NCBI GenBank assembly: GCA_027923505.1
Contig: BROI01000010.1
Location: 248,001-312,000 of the forward strand
Direction: 5' to 3'
Length of the DNA: 64,000 nt
DNA from: Mayamaea pseudoterrestris
Lineage: Eukaryota
Shown: positions 1 to 11,647 of the stretch, piece by piece
How the letters are laid out: every line of letters begins with the position of its first letter
Numbering within the stretch: the first letter of the stretch is position 1
The notes under the pieces: model-generated
The model's input: the letters and a program-made list of their open reading frames with translations, nothing else
Told to the model about the DNA's origin: nothing
Databases searched by the model: none
Made by a program: the position numbers and the translations under genes

Positions 1-564
1 TACATCGTAGTTGGCTAGGTTTTACATCTAATATATGAAAGTACATATCAACGCTTTGGTATTAACCACCTTCAGGGCTCGGCTAGAACTATACGAAACG
101 GAACTTGCGCACTGCATCTTCCCGGCGCTTGCGTTGTTGTCTGCAACAACTCGCCTCGCAAAAACATATATAGTGACTGCTGCATTGATGGTTGATCCGT
201 GGGATCGGCTTGCGCAAGCTCAGCAGCGCATCATAATGCACCGTGTGAGTATAATATTCAAAACACCCCGTTCCAGGAAACGAATTCGTCCCGTGTGTGC
301 TAACTAGATAAGCCAGCATTAACGCGATAAGCCAGCGTTAACGATGGAACATTCACTGCAGTCAAGCGCAGAGTATTCTGTTGCAGACGTCGGATGGTCG
401 AATCGTTGTGTTAGCGTTGTACGTGCTTCACGCGCAGCACATGCGGAAATATTAACTTTGCCAGCAACGACATAGCTAGCCAAAGCGCGGCTCGCGTACC
501 AGCGCGCCAGCCACTCGTGCATGCGTCGCGCCATGGCGATGGCGCGCCGCTCATTCATTTCACC

Positions 565-1204
565 ATGACTCCAGCAACAGCAACCACCGCTCAGTCTCCG
601 TTGGGCCGGGTCGTTACCATTCCCATTCACTTTGCGGGTAGTAACGCTGACGGCGACGATGTTCCCGAGTGGGCCATGATTGAAATCAATGGCGAGCTCG
701 TCGTTCCGCCGTTGAATGATGATGCAGACGACGATGATGCAGACGAGGAAGCTACGAAACACGTCAGGAGCGATCAGTTGGAGCTTGGATCGATTCGGTT
801 CGATGGAGAGGTATGTTGATAAAAGTGAAAATACTGCCTGCCGTTTCATTCATTGGCGAAGCCTTTGTGTCGAAAATCCGTGCTCGGATCGTAATCGTCG
901 CTCATTCCATTCTATCATTTATCTGTCATAGACTCCAGTCATGATACTCGGCAGCCACGAGCTCATTGGAACAGTTGAAACGCTCAAGCAGCCCTTTTGC
1001 GTCCTGCGCAAGGAAGTGGTCGAGCCGTTGACCGACAATGAATTTGCCATGAGTGAAGAAACGCCTGCAAACGCAGACGCTACAAATACAAGTGCAAGCA
1101 GCAGTGACAGCAGCAGGAGCGTGTCCTACGTCGTGCAAGGCGTCGTGACTCGCAAACTTTTGTTCAACAAGTACCCCAAGGTCATTATGCGATCCATGCG
1201 GTGA
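565..1204 (+). CDS. CTF8: Chromosome transmission fidelity protein 8 (Ctf18-RFC subunit); exons 565-810 and 932-1204
   Basis: GTATGT donor at 811 and ATAG acceptor at 931 join two ORFs in frame. Motifs EWAMIEINGEL, ELGSIRF, MILGSHELIGTVETLKQPFCVLRK and VVTRKLLFNKYPK fit the Ctf8 family. Confidence 0.85.
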
Positions 1205-2140
1205 GGCGAAACTTGAGTCGGTGGTCGACGCTTTGTGCGTACTGCGTACTTGATGGAGCGGTGGCTACTCGAGCCGGCGAATTTGACGACTGCATTCACT
1301 TCCTGATCAATAGTCGCCACGTTTATCGCAGTCGGTAGCGGGTGTGTAAGATGATGCCGCTTGGGTCGTCGGCGACGAAAGCAGCTATGAGGAACAAACA
1401 CTATATGCAACAGTCAACGTTTCTATGTATTAACCACAATCTTTAACTCAACTATCTTTCATTTCACGTCTCTAGCCGATATCTTTTTTTTTGTATGTGC
1501 ACAGATCGAATGCAACCAAGTCTCCTGCATTGGTCCTTTTTTGCCGACAAGGTGAATGAGCGGATTGGAGGTGCAGCATCCAGCAGGCAGGCCTTTTTTT
1601 GCCACGACGGAACGAAAGATTGTCCACAAGCCATTCATTCAAGCACTCTTCAATGACTGCGAGCCGCTACATCTGCGCATGGGAAGTTTCCAAATGCGGA
1701 AAGTGTTCGCTTGGCATGTCATGCCTTGCGACAGGTGCGCAAGTCAATATGGCCACGCTGCGTACAAGCTGGTGGAAGCGGTACCATGTAGAATGAACGG
1801 GTAAGTTCATTCGATTGGACTACATACTACGGCAGCTCTATACCGTATTAATAGCTCTAGCCTTTCACCATGCACTTTGTCAATGTTGCATGTGTGTATA
1901 GCAAATAAAAATCTTCATCGCATCGCCAAAACGTCATTCATTATTGATACGACACTTAAAGTTCGCATTCATTGCCGCTTATTAAGAAGGAACGGCTCGC
2001 AGAGCACCTCCTCGCGTCGATGTCGACCGATGCGCCATGATGAATCGAGCCGCCGTTTTGCATTCACACTTCTTCTTGTCATTAAGGAATCCAGCATTCT
2101 ACTACTATACTGCAAATCTTACATACTACTATTTACCATC

Positions 2141-3977
2141 ATGTCGACTACTTCTTCTAATGCTTCATTGACCATGTCCATCAAATGGGGCAAGGAGACG
2201 CTCAATTTGACGGCTCCGTCTCCACTCACGGCCGCATCGCTCCTCCAATTTGTTTCGCAAGCCACTAGCATTCCCATGGACCGCGTCAAGCTCTTGAGCA
2301 AAACCAAGGGACTCTGGAAGGGAGTGTTGCATGTGGAAACTACCGACTTGTCGCGCATTGACTGGACTGCACTAAAGCAACCAGTTCAGCTGCTACTCAT
2401 GGGATCCGCCGTTCAAGACGCCCCTCCATCTACACCAGTCGTTTTTTTGGAGGATTTGCCGGCCGAACAAGTGGCGCAGCTAAAGGAGCCGAGCGGATTG
2501 GTCAATCTGGGCAATACCTGCTACTTGAACAGCGTGACGCAGTGTCTCCGGACAGTGCAGCCACTGCGTGACGGATTGAGCGAGTTTAACGTGAATCGGA
2601 GTAGGAGAAGCAATGGCAGCAGCAGCAATCAGTCGTTTACATTCTTGACCAACGCGCTCCAGCAAACGCTCAAACAACTGGATCAGCAGACGGATGCGTA
2701 CGAGCCGCATCATTTGGTGCAGGCGACGCGGACAAGCTTTCCGCAGTTTGCCCAGCGGGGACCGCACGGACAAGTGCAGCAGCAGGATGCGGAGGTAACT
2801 ATGAATATATACTAGAGGGAAATCATTATTCGTCTTTCGATTGCTCACTTCACTTCACTTTCATTTCATTTAACAGGAATTCTACTCCAACTTGTTGACG
2901 GCCTTGGCAGCCGAGACGCACGGCGCGCAGCACATTTCCTCCGCCTTCAAAACCAACAGCACGTTTGACGCAGACCAACTATTGGGTGCAAACAATCTCG
3001 TGGACGCCTTGTTTGGTTTGCGCATGGAGGAAACGTTAACGTGCGACGAAGTGTCCGACGTTAGCTTGGAGCCGCCGGTAATTTCGTACGACTTGGCGCG
3101 CAAGCTTGTTTGCAACATTCAGGGTGGCGGAATATCGGCAACGACTAATAGTGCAATGACGAGCGCCAATATCGACAATACCAACGTGACACACATTGCC
3201 CAAGGCATTCAGCTGTCGCTCAATGGCAGTATTGAAAAACACTCGACCGCACTCGGCCGCAACGCCGTTTGGACGCGCACGCAGCGCATTAGTCGCCTGT
3301 CACCCTACTTGGCGGTGCAGTTTGGTCGCTTTTACTGGAAACTGACGCCCGACTCGGCCGACCATTCCGGCGTCAAGTGCAAAATCATGAAGCCAGTGAC
3401 GTTCCATGCGACGCTCGATATCTACGAGTTTTGCGCGACATCGGTGCAAGCGGTGTTAAAGCAGGCGAGAGATGCGGCGCTGGCGGCAGAAGAGGATGTC
3501 ATTGCCAAGAAACTAAAGGGACAGTTGGAGCAGCAGCAGCAAGGTGATGATGAAACGACGAATGGCGACGACGTTGCTGCTGCCGCTGATGTGGACATGA
3601 ACACGAGTCAGCAAGACATGGCGGTGGACGACGACGAACTGCAGGCCGCCTTGGCCATGAGCATGGAACCGGAGCAACCGCCCGTCGGACCTGGCTTGCC
3701 AATTAACTTTCAAGGCATTTACGAACTCTTTGCCGTGGTGACGCACAAGGGTCGCGACGCCGATGGTGGTCACTACATGGCCTGGGTCAAGGCGGAGCAG
3801 CAGCAGCAACGAGGCAATGACGTGACAAAGATTGCCGACACGGACGTGGACAATGAGGATTGGTTCGTCTTTGACGACGACCAAGTCAGTCCATGCAAGA
3901 CGGAGGATGTGTTGAAATTAAAGGGAGGCGGCGATTGGCACATGTCGTACATTAATTTCTATCGGGCAAAGAAATAA
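2141..3977 (+). CDS. UBP6: Proteasome-associated deubiquitinase Ubp6/USP14 (N-terminal UBL plus USP domain); intron 2795-2876
   Basis: UBL-like N-terminus (IKWGKE...LLLMGS), Cys box GLVNLGNTCYLNS, QQQDAE|EFY across the splice junction, His box THKGRDADGGHYMAWVK and the family C-terminus LKGGGDWHMSY. Confidence 0.95.
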
Positions 3978-4296
3978 ACGGCCGTATTCTTGATTGTAGT
4001 TGGTACATTTTGCGTTGCGCACTTTCTAATAAATCCTTATCACTCAGTAATGTGCATGTAGCGAGCTCTGCGTGAGCAACGAACGGACTAACTGTGAGTT
4101 TCCCGACGTGCGTCCTTTTTGCTGCGGCTTTATTCACATATTCATACAAATTGCATCGTTGTCTGTAAATATGCCGGCATAAAGACGAGGACCTATATGA
4201 CCAAAACATTGTACTATATGTTTATTTACAACTACAGCATGTACTCGCGAACGTCATACTTGCAACACCATAATTTTTTATGCACCAGCAGCAGCC

Positions 4297-5227
4297 TCAA
4301 ATCGTCTGCGTACAGCCAGCATTGTCTTCGTCATCATCATCTTGCGTCATCACAAGCATGATTGCACTGCGCGCCTCTTTCTGCAGGGCTTTGTTGTTTG
4401 GGAAGCGCTGCATGGCGTCGAATAACAACCGAGCGCCACCTGAACTAATAATTTGCGGACGAAACTGCTTCCGAAAGCTGAAGATTTTGAGCCACTGAGC
4501 GCACACAAGTTGCATGCTTTCGAAGTCCTTTGAACGTTCCATGACAGCCGTCATCTTGGTTATGCCAGCGAGCTTGTTGACGAAATGCTCCGCACGATGG
4601 TGGGAATTGTTAATGATAAGCTCGACAGCAATGCACACCCGAACAACCAAGTCTTCGTTCTCTGAATGCTCCTCCAACATCTGTAGCATCTGCTCCAGCA
4701 TTCCCATCCAAATGAAAGGACGCTTCTCGGAAGTTCCGTCTTTACACAAAACATCGATGAGAACTGCCAAAGCCAGAATCAGGACATCTAAATGATGAAT
4801 CCACTTCTTCATCAGCACTTTCAAAAAGCAATATCCACCAAGACTTGCAAAGATCATTGCATTTTCTTGCTCGCGCTCCAGATTTCCGTTTTCTTCAATT
4901 TTCATTAATGAGTCCAAATCCTTCAACGCCACAATAACAATCTTCGTGTCGTCGCTTTGAACGTCCTCCGTAAGCAATTTGGCGATGGTGAAACCATGGT
5001 CCTGAAGGACTATCTCATTCAGCATCATCGCTTTGTCCGCATCTGTTGCCATGACACGTTTGTAATCTAACGGTCGTTTAGCTTGTTTTCGGCGCTTTGC
5101 ATCGGGCACACTCTCCACCTCTGATGGTACGTCAATCTGACTGCAAAGGAAAACATGTTCTCGATGATTAGCCAACCTTACACTGTGGGCGAATGAATCA
5201 CACTCTCGAAACTTACTTGGAGCTCAT
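4297..5227 (-). CDS. Armadillo-like helical-repeat protein of unknown function; likely micro-exon 5217-5227 and intron 5141-5216
   Basis: 292-codon ORF with ARM-like helices (LGGYCFLKVLMKKW, LAGITKMTAVME, SGGARLLFDAMQRF). ATG AGC TCC AA|GTAAGT...TTTGCAG|T splices in frame. Confidence 0.6.
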
Positions 5228-5281
5228 TGTCAGGGATATTAAGTGCAGCGTGAAGGAGCTGTGAGCCGGAGAAGCAACAAG

Positions 5282-5584
5282 ATTTATGGGGACAGCAATT
5301 TCGATGTCAGAATGCAGCTTCAGCGCGGAACGGCCCAACGTGAAGCTTGCCTCTAAATAGCACTCGCGCAGTTCTAACAGAGGCCCGATCAAGCTTTCCT
5401 CCCACCTCTGCCAATCCATTGTTGCCAATCATTATGAGGGACATTGATTTCGATGTCCGAATGCAGCTTTAGCGTGGAGTGGCCCGAGCGTCATGTTTGC
5501 CTTTAAATAACACTCGAACAATTAAAACAGAGGCCTGATCAAGCTTTCCTCGCACCTTTGCCAACCCAATGGTGCCAAAATCAT
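5282..5584. repeat. Diverged tandem duplication, two copies of ~150 bp, intergenic
   Basis: Shared blocks atttcgatgtc-gaatgcagctt, cactcg, aacagaggcc-gatcaagctttcct and gccaa recur at ~150-bp spacing. Confidence 0.85.
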
Positions 5585-5652
5585 GCTTCAGATTGGCCCG
5601 ACAAGAACCGACGTCTTAAAAAGCTAGCAGCAAATTCTGATTTGCGACTGCA

Positions 5653-7858
5653 TCATTCTAGTTCTTGCTCATTATAAACATAGAGGAATCCGTTGCTGAA
5701 TTGTGGCAAGTTCATGCTGTACACAGGCATCGCTCGCGGCTGTCGAAACGGATTCATTCTGACAGAATTGCGGCTGGCTGCACCACCCAGGCTAGCACAT
5801 TGAACGGCGCTCATTTCGTTGTAGTCGGTAAAAACGCCAACCACACTTGTGTAGTCACGAAGAAAGCGCACGACGCTTCGCCAACTGGGGTATGCGTATA
5901 GGCCTGCATTAAATCCAACAATCATGTCGGGTGCACCAGTTCCACAATCGAAACGAGGATCAAGCGTATCACCATATGAGCCACTCTGCACGTAGATGTT
6001 CAAGCCATCCGTCAAGGTCGTCGAAAACGTACAACTGCCACCACCTTCTCGCAGGTTTGGAGGCAACATGTCTTCGCGAACGATAAAGACAAGCTCGAGT
6101 GCCACATTTTGCGGAAGCAAATACGACACCTCTCGAAAAAGATCCAAAAAGTTCATCTCCTTCTCCGCTCCAACCATATGTATCCGCAGTGGTCGTTTCA
6201 ACATGCGAGCCACCATGCATGGCACCGCTCCATACTCGACAATGGCGTAGTATAGCGTCAAGGGAAATGTTAAAAGCAGCGCCGCGATACTGTATTGTCC
6301 AAGGTTCCGCAAGCGATAGTAATCCTCCCATGACTGCAAGCGCAGAAATCCCAGTTCGTTTCGCGCACTCTTGGTATCTTCGTCTGCAGTGGCTCGTCCG
6401 TCCGATGGAACGTCAATTATTGGACCGAAACCTTCCGCATAGGACAGTCGTTTGGTGATATCGACCATCTTGGCACTCTCGCTGTCACCCCCAGACCAAC
6501 CACCAAACTCGGTCCTCCACCAGCTCGTAGACTCCTGCATAATGCCATGACGCTTTAGAAACGCATGATACGGATCGTTGGACAATTGACAGTCGCGGCC
6601 GACAATCGAATCGACCCAATCCCCCATTCCGGCAAACATGGAGAGCTCCTGGCGATTGTTCACGTATAGCTTCCACGTCGAGCACATGCACTCGTGCGAC
6701 CAGCTGTCGGAGCAATTGAAACATTTGGATGCGTGTGTGAGACAAAACGATTCTGCAGTATACGACACAGACGACACAAGCATGCAGTTTGTGATTGTGA
6801 ATATTCAATACGTACCCATGCACCAGCCGACAAACGTCGTTGCAAAAGTAGGCGCCGCGGCAACCAACGCAAAGGGTATTGGCAGGCCTTCGACACTGCA
6901 GACAGAGCGGGCTCGTGGCAACTATAAATTGTTTGTGTTGACTATGCTGCTCCACGGTCGCCTGGCTGCCAATTTCATGATTTGATTCATGTTCGCTCTC
7001 ACTGCTGCTACAACTTTCATCCAAGTCACCGTCATGTCTACGCTCAGAACGGTCATTTTCGTCACTATCACATGGTTGTTGCTGCTGCAACTCCACCTTC
7101 ATGACCTTGGCCAGCTGGTCGAGGGCATCTTGATCGTGGTAGTTGTGCATGGCGGCGTTTCCGAGCCAGTTTGGAATGATTCGATTTGAACATAATTTAT
7201 CGTCGTCGTCGTCGTCGGATGTTGTTCCTGCTTCTCCATTGTATCTTCGTTCATGATGCATCATTTCTTGCTGCAACGACTCGCGCAAGTCGGGACTGTA
7301 AGTGCCGGCAGCAGTCAAGGCTAGCAAGATTTGTGCGGGCGTCTGATGCATTGCCAATGTCGCCGCAGTTTCCACAGCCGGCGCCAGCAGGACGCATCCC
7401 CTTAACTTGACGTGCCACAATCCGCAGGCCATGGCGATGCGCGTCGCGCGCACGTTTGGTGGTTGCGCATCATGATGATTTGCATGATGATTGTTCGTTT
7501 TTTGCAAGATGCTGCTGCAAGTGTAGGCGGACAGTCCGGTTGGAAAGTCGCCCTGACGCGGCCGAATCAGTAGCGTCGGCGTGATTAGCATCAAGTCGTC
7601 CTCGTCAAATGCAGTCTGGCTAGAATCATTATTGCGGATGGCGTCGTCCATGTGAGTAGCAGCATCGTCATTCAGTTTTCGAAAGGCTTGCTTGAGCAAC
7701 TGTTCGAGTGACAGCTGCGACTTGATGGATTCGTCGTGACTCTCATCAATCTCCACCAGCTTCAACGGTACGCGTTCATCACAATGGACAAAAATGATCC
7801 ATTTCTGAAACGGAGGTGCTGCTGCTGAAAATTCATTCAATGTTTCCGGAGCAGCCAT
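5653..7858 (-). CDS. MYND zinc-finger protein with MSS51-like C-terminal domain; intron 6704-6815
   Basis: CLQC...CVGC..AYFC...C...HG|WSHEC MYND finger completed across a GTACGT...ACAG intron. C-terminal IHMVGAEKE, PDMIVGFNAGL..YPSW, VFTDYNE and NPFRQP motifs are typical of the MSS51/ZMYND15-type domain. Confidence 0.8.
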
Positions 7859-7885
7859 GACGGATTGGAACGAACGAGTGTGCAC

Positions 7886-8385
7886 GACGCGTCGTCAACG
7901 AATCGCTGTATTTGACGATGAAAGTTGTCAATAGTTAATGTTCATCGGTCATGTTTGCTTTCCATTGATGCTTTCACGCCGTCGTCTCCATGATGCTTTT
8001 TGCAGCTACTATAATATTACAGTTCCTATCGTTTTGTTTGCGACGGCGCTGAAATCCTCCATGGCGGATGACAGACATGATGATACGGCACACTAACTTC
8101 AACCGGCACTCACGTCTTGTTGCACCGAAACACGTCAGCCCGTCCGTCGTCCGCCTCGTGACGTTCGCCAAACCATCTTTGCCGCTGCAGCTGAAAGCGG
8201 AAGGAAAAGACTACACTATATATGTAATAGTCGCCAGAGTGGCGACACTAACCGCCTTTGAAAGCTGCTTGGTTGCAGATAAGCCCCGCATGTTGAAGAG
8301 CATCTTTTGATCCTCCTTCGCCCTGCTCGGAGCCAATTGCAGCTCGACGACGCCGTTTAGCAAGCAATTTCATCTTGACTCGAAC
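7886..8385. repeat. Copy A of a duplicated promoter-like segment (copy B 9715-10055)
   Basis: Colinear shared blocks: gtcaacg, tgacgatgaaa, tcggtcatgtttgc, ttcacgccgtcgtctccat, aacttcaaccggcact, gtgacgttcgccaa, caattgcagctcgacgacgc, cttgactcgaac. Confidence 0.85.
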
Positions 8386-8438
8386 TCGCTTGCTGCTCTA
8401 TTTTTCATATCAATTGCTCCGACAAACCACAACAAGTA

Positions 8439-8978
8439 ATGGCCTCGCCTATTCAAAGTATTGTCCAAGAAGGTGTTGTCCAAGATCCACAGCTGCAATT
8501 GAAAGTGACAGGTGCAAATCTTCCTCCTGCATCATCACAAAGCCAAGATGGGCTAGACGATGGATCTCGACAAGGAGTGGTAGGAAACACCACCACACAC
8601 ATGTCATCAGACGTCAATGCAGGTGACAGAGCTTCATACGGCGAGCAGACACATGGGCCAAGTCCACTAATCGATGGGAGCTCTCGTACGAGCGTGCAGA
8701 CTCAAGAGACCAAGAAATGGAAAATTATGTCCCACGCAGATTTTATGGTGCAGGATCCTATTACGACACGCCTGTATCAGCGTGATGATAAAGCTCAACA
8801 GAATAGCAATGCTCAAGTCGAGAATCAGACTCAAGAGACCAAGAAATGGAAAATTATCTCTCACGCAGATGTTATGGTGCAGGATCCTATTACGACACGC
8901 CTGTATCTGCGTGATGATATAGCTCAACAGATTAGCAATGCTCAAGTCGAGAATCAGACTCAAGAGACCAAGAAATGA
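8439..8978 (+). CDS. Orphan ORF with 43-aa tandem repeats, possibly truncated or pseudogenic
   Basis: ATG-initiated 179-aa ORF. It ends at a TGA in repeat 3 where repeats 1 and 2 have TGG. Confidence 0.35.
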   Translation: MASPIQSIVQEGVVQDPQLQLKVTGANLPPASSQSQDGLDDGSRQGVVGNTTTHMSSDVNAGDRASYGEQTHGPSPLIDGSSRTSVQTQETKKWKIMSHADFMVQDPITTRLYQRDDKAQQNSNAQVENQTQETKKWKIISHADVMVQDPITTRLYLRDDIAQQISNAQVENQTQETKK

Positions 8979-9061
8979 AAAATTATGTCCCACAAAGATT
9001 TTATGGCGCAGGATCCTACTACGACACGCCTGTATCAGCGTGATGATAAAGCTCAACAGAA
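8697..9061. repeat. 129-bp tandem repeat, ~2.8 copies
   Basis: cagactcaagagaccaagaaatg(g/a)aaaattat starts at ~8697, ~8826 and ~8955. Confidence 0.95.
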
Positions 9062-9714
9062 GAAATAAGTTTGATCCTCTTTTTTAACCCATTAAACAAG
9101 CAAACCACCATCGAGCTCTTTTTGGCCTTTAGACCAACATGTAGGATGGATGCGTATACCAAACCCACTGATGTCATTATTTGCTCGTCACAAGCCTTAT
9201 TGACCAGTCGTGGGTTCATCAGGGTACCATATTTTAAAATATAGGAGGCCTCTTGGGCGCTTTTACTATGTGTCACGCTTGCCCAATCGCGCTCCATGGG
9301 AATTATTCATCCGTCTCGACGGAAAAGGGTTTTGCTAAAAGCCTTGATCCAAATCAATTTCATTGTGGATGTGTACTGATTCACCCATACTGCTTTTGAC
9401 TTCCCCGACGACCACCATGGCCTTGCTTCTCCTTCCACCGCAGCCAGCAGTCACGACCATATTAATACTCGTGCAGTGGGCGCAATGGCGCCAACATTGA
9501 CAATGAGTCCATGCAACATGCAACGGAACAGCGCGACGGACCTTGGTTTAGGATGTTTTTGCTTCAACAGAACAATGTATGATAGAGTTATAAAGGAGAT
9601 ACAAAAAGAGATGGCAAGTCAGGTGCTTGGGCGAGCGGTGCTTCATGCGGCATGTGGTGCTTAGTGCTCGTTTGCTCGTTGACGATTCCAGAGCAGCCAT
9701 GACTAGATGTGCGA

Positions 9715-10055
9715 GGCGCCGTCAACGAGTCGTCGATTTGCTATATCTGACGATGAAATTAGTCAAGAGTTATCGTTCCTCGGTCATGTTTGCGTTCATA
9801 TATATATTGCGTTCACGCCGTCGTCTCCATCGCAGCAATTGTAATTACAGAATTCATCGTTTTGCGACGCGGAAATCATCATGGTCGATGACGGATGTTG
9901 CAAACTTCAACCGGCACTTATTTTATGTCGTAGCACACCACGTCAATCCGTCGTCCGTCTCGTGTGACGTTCGCCAACCATTGCCAAGGAACAATTGCAG
10001 CTCGACGACGCTGTCGTTTTGAAAGCTACCAAGCAGCTTCATCCTTGACTCGAAC
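9715..10055. repeat. Copy B of the duplicated promoter-like segment, directly upstream of RCL1
   Basis: Same blocks as 7886-8385, but lacks ~150 bp present in copy A (~8184-8333). Confidence 0.85.
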
Positions 10056-10083
10056 GACAATTAGCAGCAAGTCTGTCACTATC

Positions 10084-11316
10084 ATGACGAATACTAGCAG
10101 TAACTCAAACACACTTGTATTCGACGACGGCGCCGTGCAGTTGCGCCAGCGCTTGGTCGTGAGCATATTAGCTTGTCGCCCCCTGCTCATTCGCAACATT
10201 CGCGCCGACGACGTGCTAGCGCCGGGACTGCGAAAATACGAAGTCTCCTTTCTGCGTTTGTTGGATAGCATGACGAACGGCAGTAGACTGGAGATTAACG
10301 CGACGGGAACGCAGCTGCGGTTTGTTCCCGGAGTGCTAATGGGAGGAGAGATACATCATGACTGTCCAGTCGATGACGACGACGATACGCAAGATGCATC
10401 CAATAGACCAAGAGATCATGAAAACAACAAAGATGCAACATCATCATTATCAAATCGCTCCATTGGCTGGTTTTTGGAAGGCATTCTGCCCCTCGCACCC
10501 TTTGGCAAGGAGCCCCTCCACGTTCACTTTACCGGAATCACCGACGGAACATGCCACATTGATCCCTCCGTCGACTACTTGATGCAAGCGGCACTGCCAT
10601 TGATGAAATTTTTTGGCGTTGGCGTCGACAGTTTTGACGCTGACGTCTTTAGCCCGCAGCCGCCGCGCATGTTAGTGCAGCGCCGCGGCGCGGCGCCAAG
10701 TGGAGGCGGGCTCGTGGAAGTATACGTTCCATGCGTCAAGACACTCCAGTCCATCGACTACACTGATTCCGGTAAAATTACTCGCATTCGCGGATCGTGC
10801 ATTAGTACCCGCGTGGTGAGCAACAGTGCGGCCGCGCGCGTGGCTTACGCGGCAAAGGGGTTACTATTGAAGTTGCTGCCGGACGTTTGGATCAGTGCGG
10901 ATGCGCATACAATCAAGCGGCACCAGTGCGGACCAGACCCGTCACTGTCGTGTGTCTTGTGGTCACTGTCCAACACGGGAGTAATATTGGTGGCGGAACA
11001 GACGCGTACTTACGAAAAACAACTGCCGGAAGATTTAGGTGTGGCCGCGGCGGCGGCGCTGCTGGAGGAGGTGCGACGGGGCGGATGCATCGACACGCAC
11101 AGTCAATCGCTGGCGCTGCTGTGGATGCTGCTCACGCCCGAGGATGTCAGTCGGATTCGACTCGGGACATTGTCGCAGTATACGATTGAATCGTTGCGAC
11201 TGTTCAAGCGCGTGTTTGGTGGCGAGTTCAAAATCGTGGCGGATCAGGAAACCAAGACGGTGCTGCTGAGCTGCCTCGGCACGGGATATAGAAACATGGC
11301 GAAGGCTAGTTCGTAA
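10084..11316 (+). CDS. RCL1: RNA 3'-terminal phosphate cyclase-like protein Rcl1 (18S rRNA biogenesis)
   Basis: LRQRLVVSIL, PGLRKYEVSFLRLLDSMTNGS..EIN.TGT, APFGKEP, RRGAAPSGGG and C-terminal CLGTGYRN; intronless. Confidence 0.95.
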   Translation: MTNTSSNSNTLVFDDGAVQLRQRLVVSILACRPLLIRNIRADDVLAPGLRKYEVSFLRLLDSMTNGSRLEINATGTQLRFVPGVLMGGEIHHDCPVDDDDDTQDASNRPRDHENNKDATSSLSNRSIGWFLEGILPLAPFGKEPLHVHFTGITDGTCHIDPSVDYLMQAALPLMKFFGVGVDSFDADVFSPQPPRMLVQRRGAAPSGGGLVEVYVPCVKTLQSIDYTDSGKITRIRGSCISTRVVSNSAAARVAYAAKGLLLKLLPDVWISADAHTIKRHQCGPDPSLSCVLWSLSNTGVILVAEQTRTYEKQLPEDLGVAAAAALLEEVRRGGCIDTHSQSLALLWMLLTPEDVSRIRLGTLSQYTIESLRLFKRVFGGEFKIVADQETKTVLLSCLGTGYRNMAKASS

Positions 11317-11647
11317 TGTTATATGAGTTGTACATATATGTGTAATGATGATTGTTGTAGTGATGATAGCAAAAAGAGATTGCGGTAGGAGGTTATGGCC
11401 GTCACGCAAAGTCACAAGAACGGGAACCGGAACGACACGGAGTATGCCGCGGGAAAGTCTGATTTCCTCATCCGTTGACGACCTCTCTCCGCAAAGCCGC
11501 AACGCAATGCCAACGGTACAATTATTGCGCGAGTCGTGATAGAGAAGTGTTGATTGAGGCATGGAGTGTCACCGAAATCGAGGAGAGCTCAGCGTATGTT
11601 GCGCCGCTCATAGTATGCGACCAAGCTGAGCATACTACAATTTTACT

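Noticed and set aside
35..849. ORFs 35-307, 89-319 and 319-849
   Set aside because: No recognisable motifs; 319-849 is largely antisense to CTF8.
1556..1804. Short ORFs between CTF8 and UBP6
   Set aside because: Short, overlapping and without recognisable motifs.
9019..9664. Fragmentary ORFs suggesting a decayed gene or transposon
   Set aside because: No identifiable domain; cannot be supported without a homology search.
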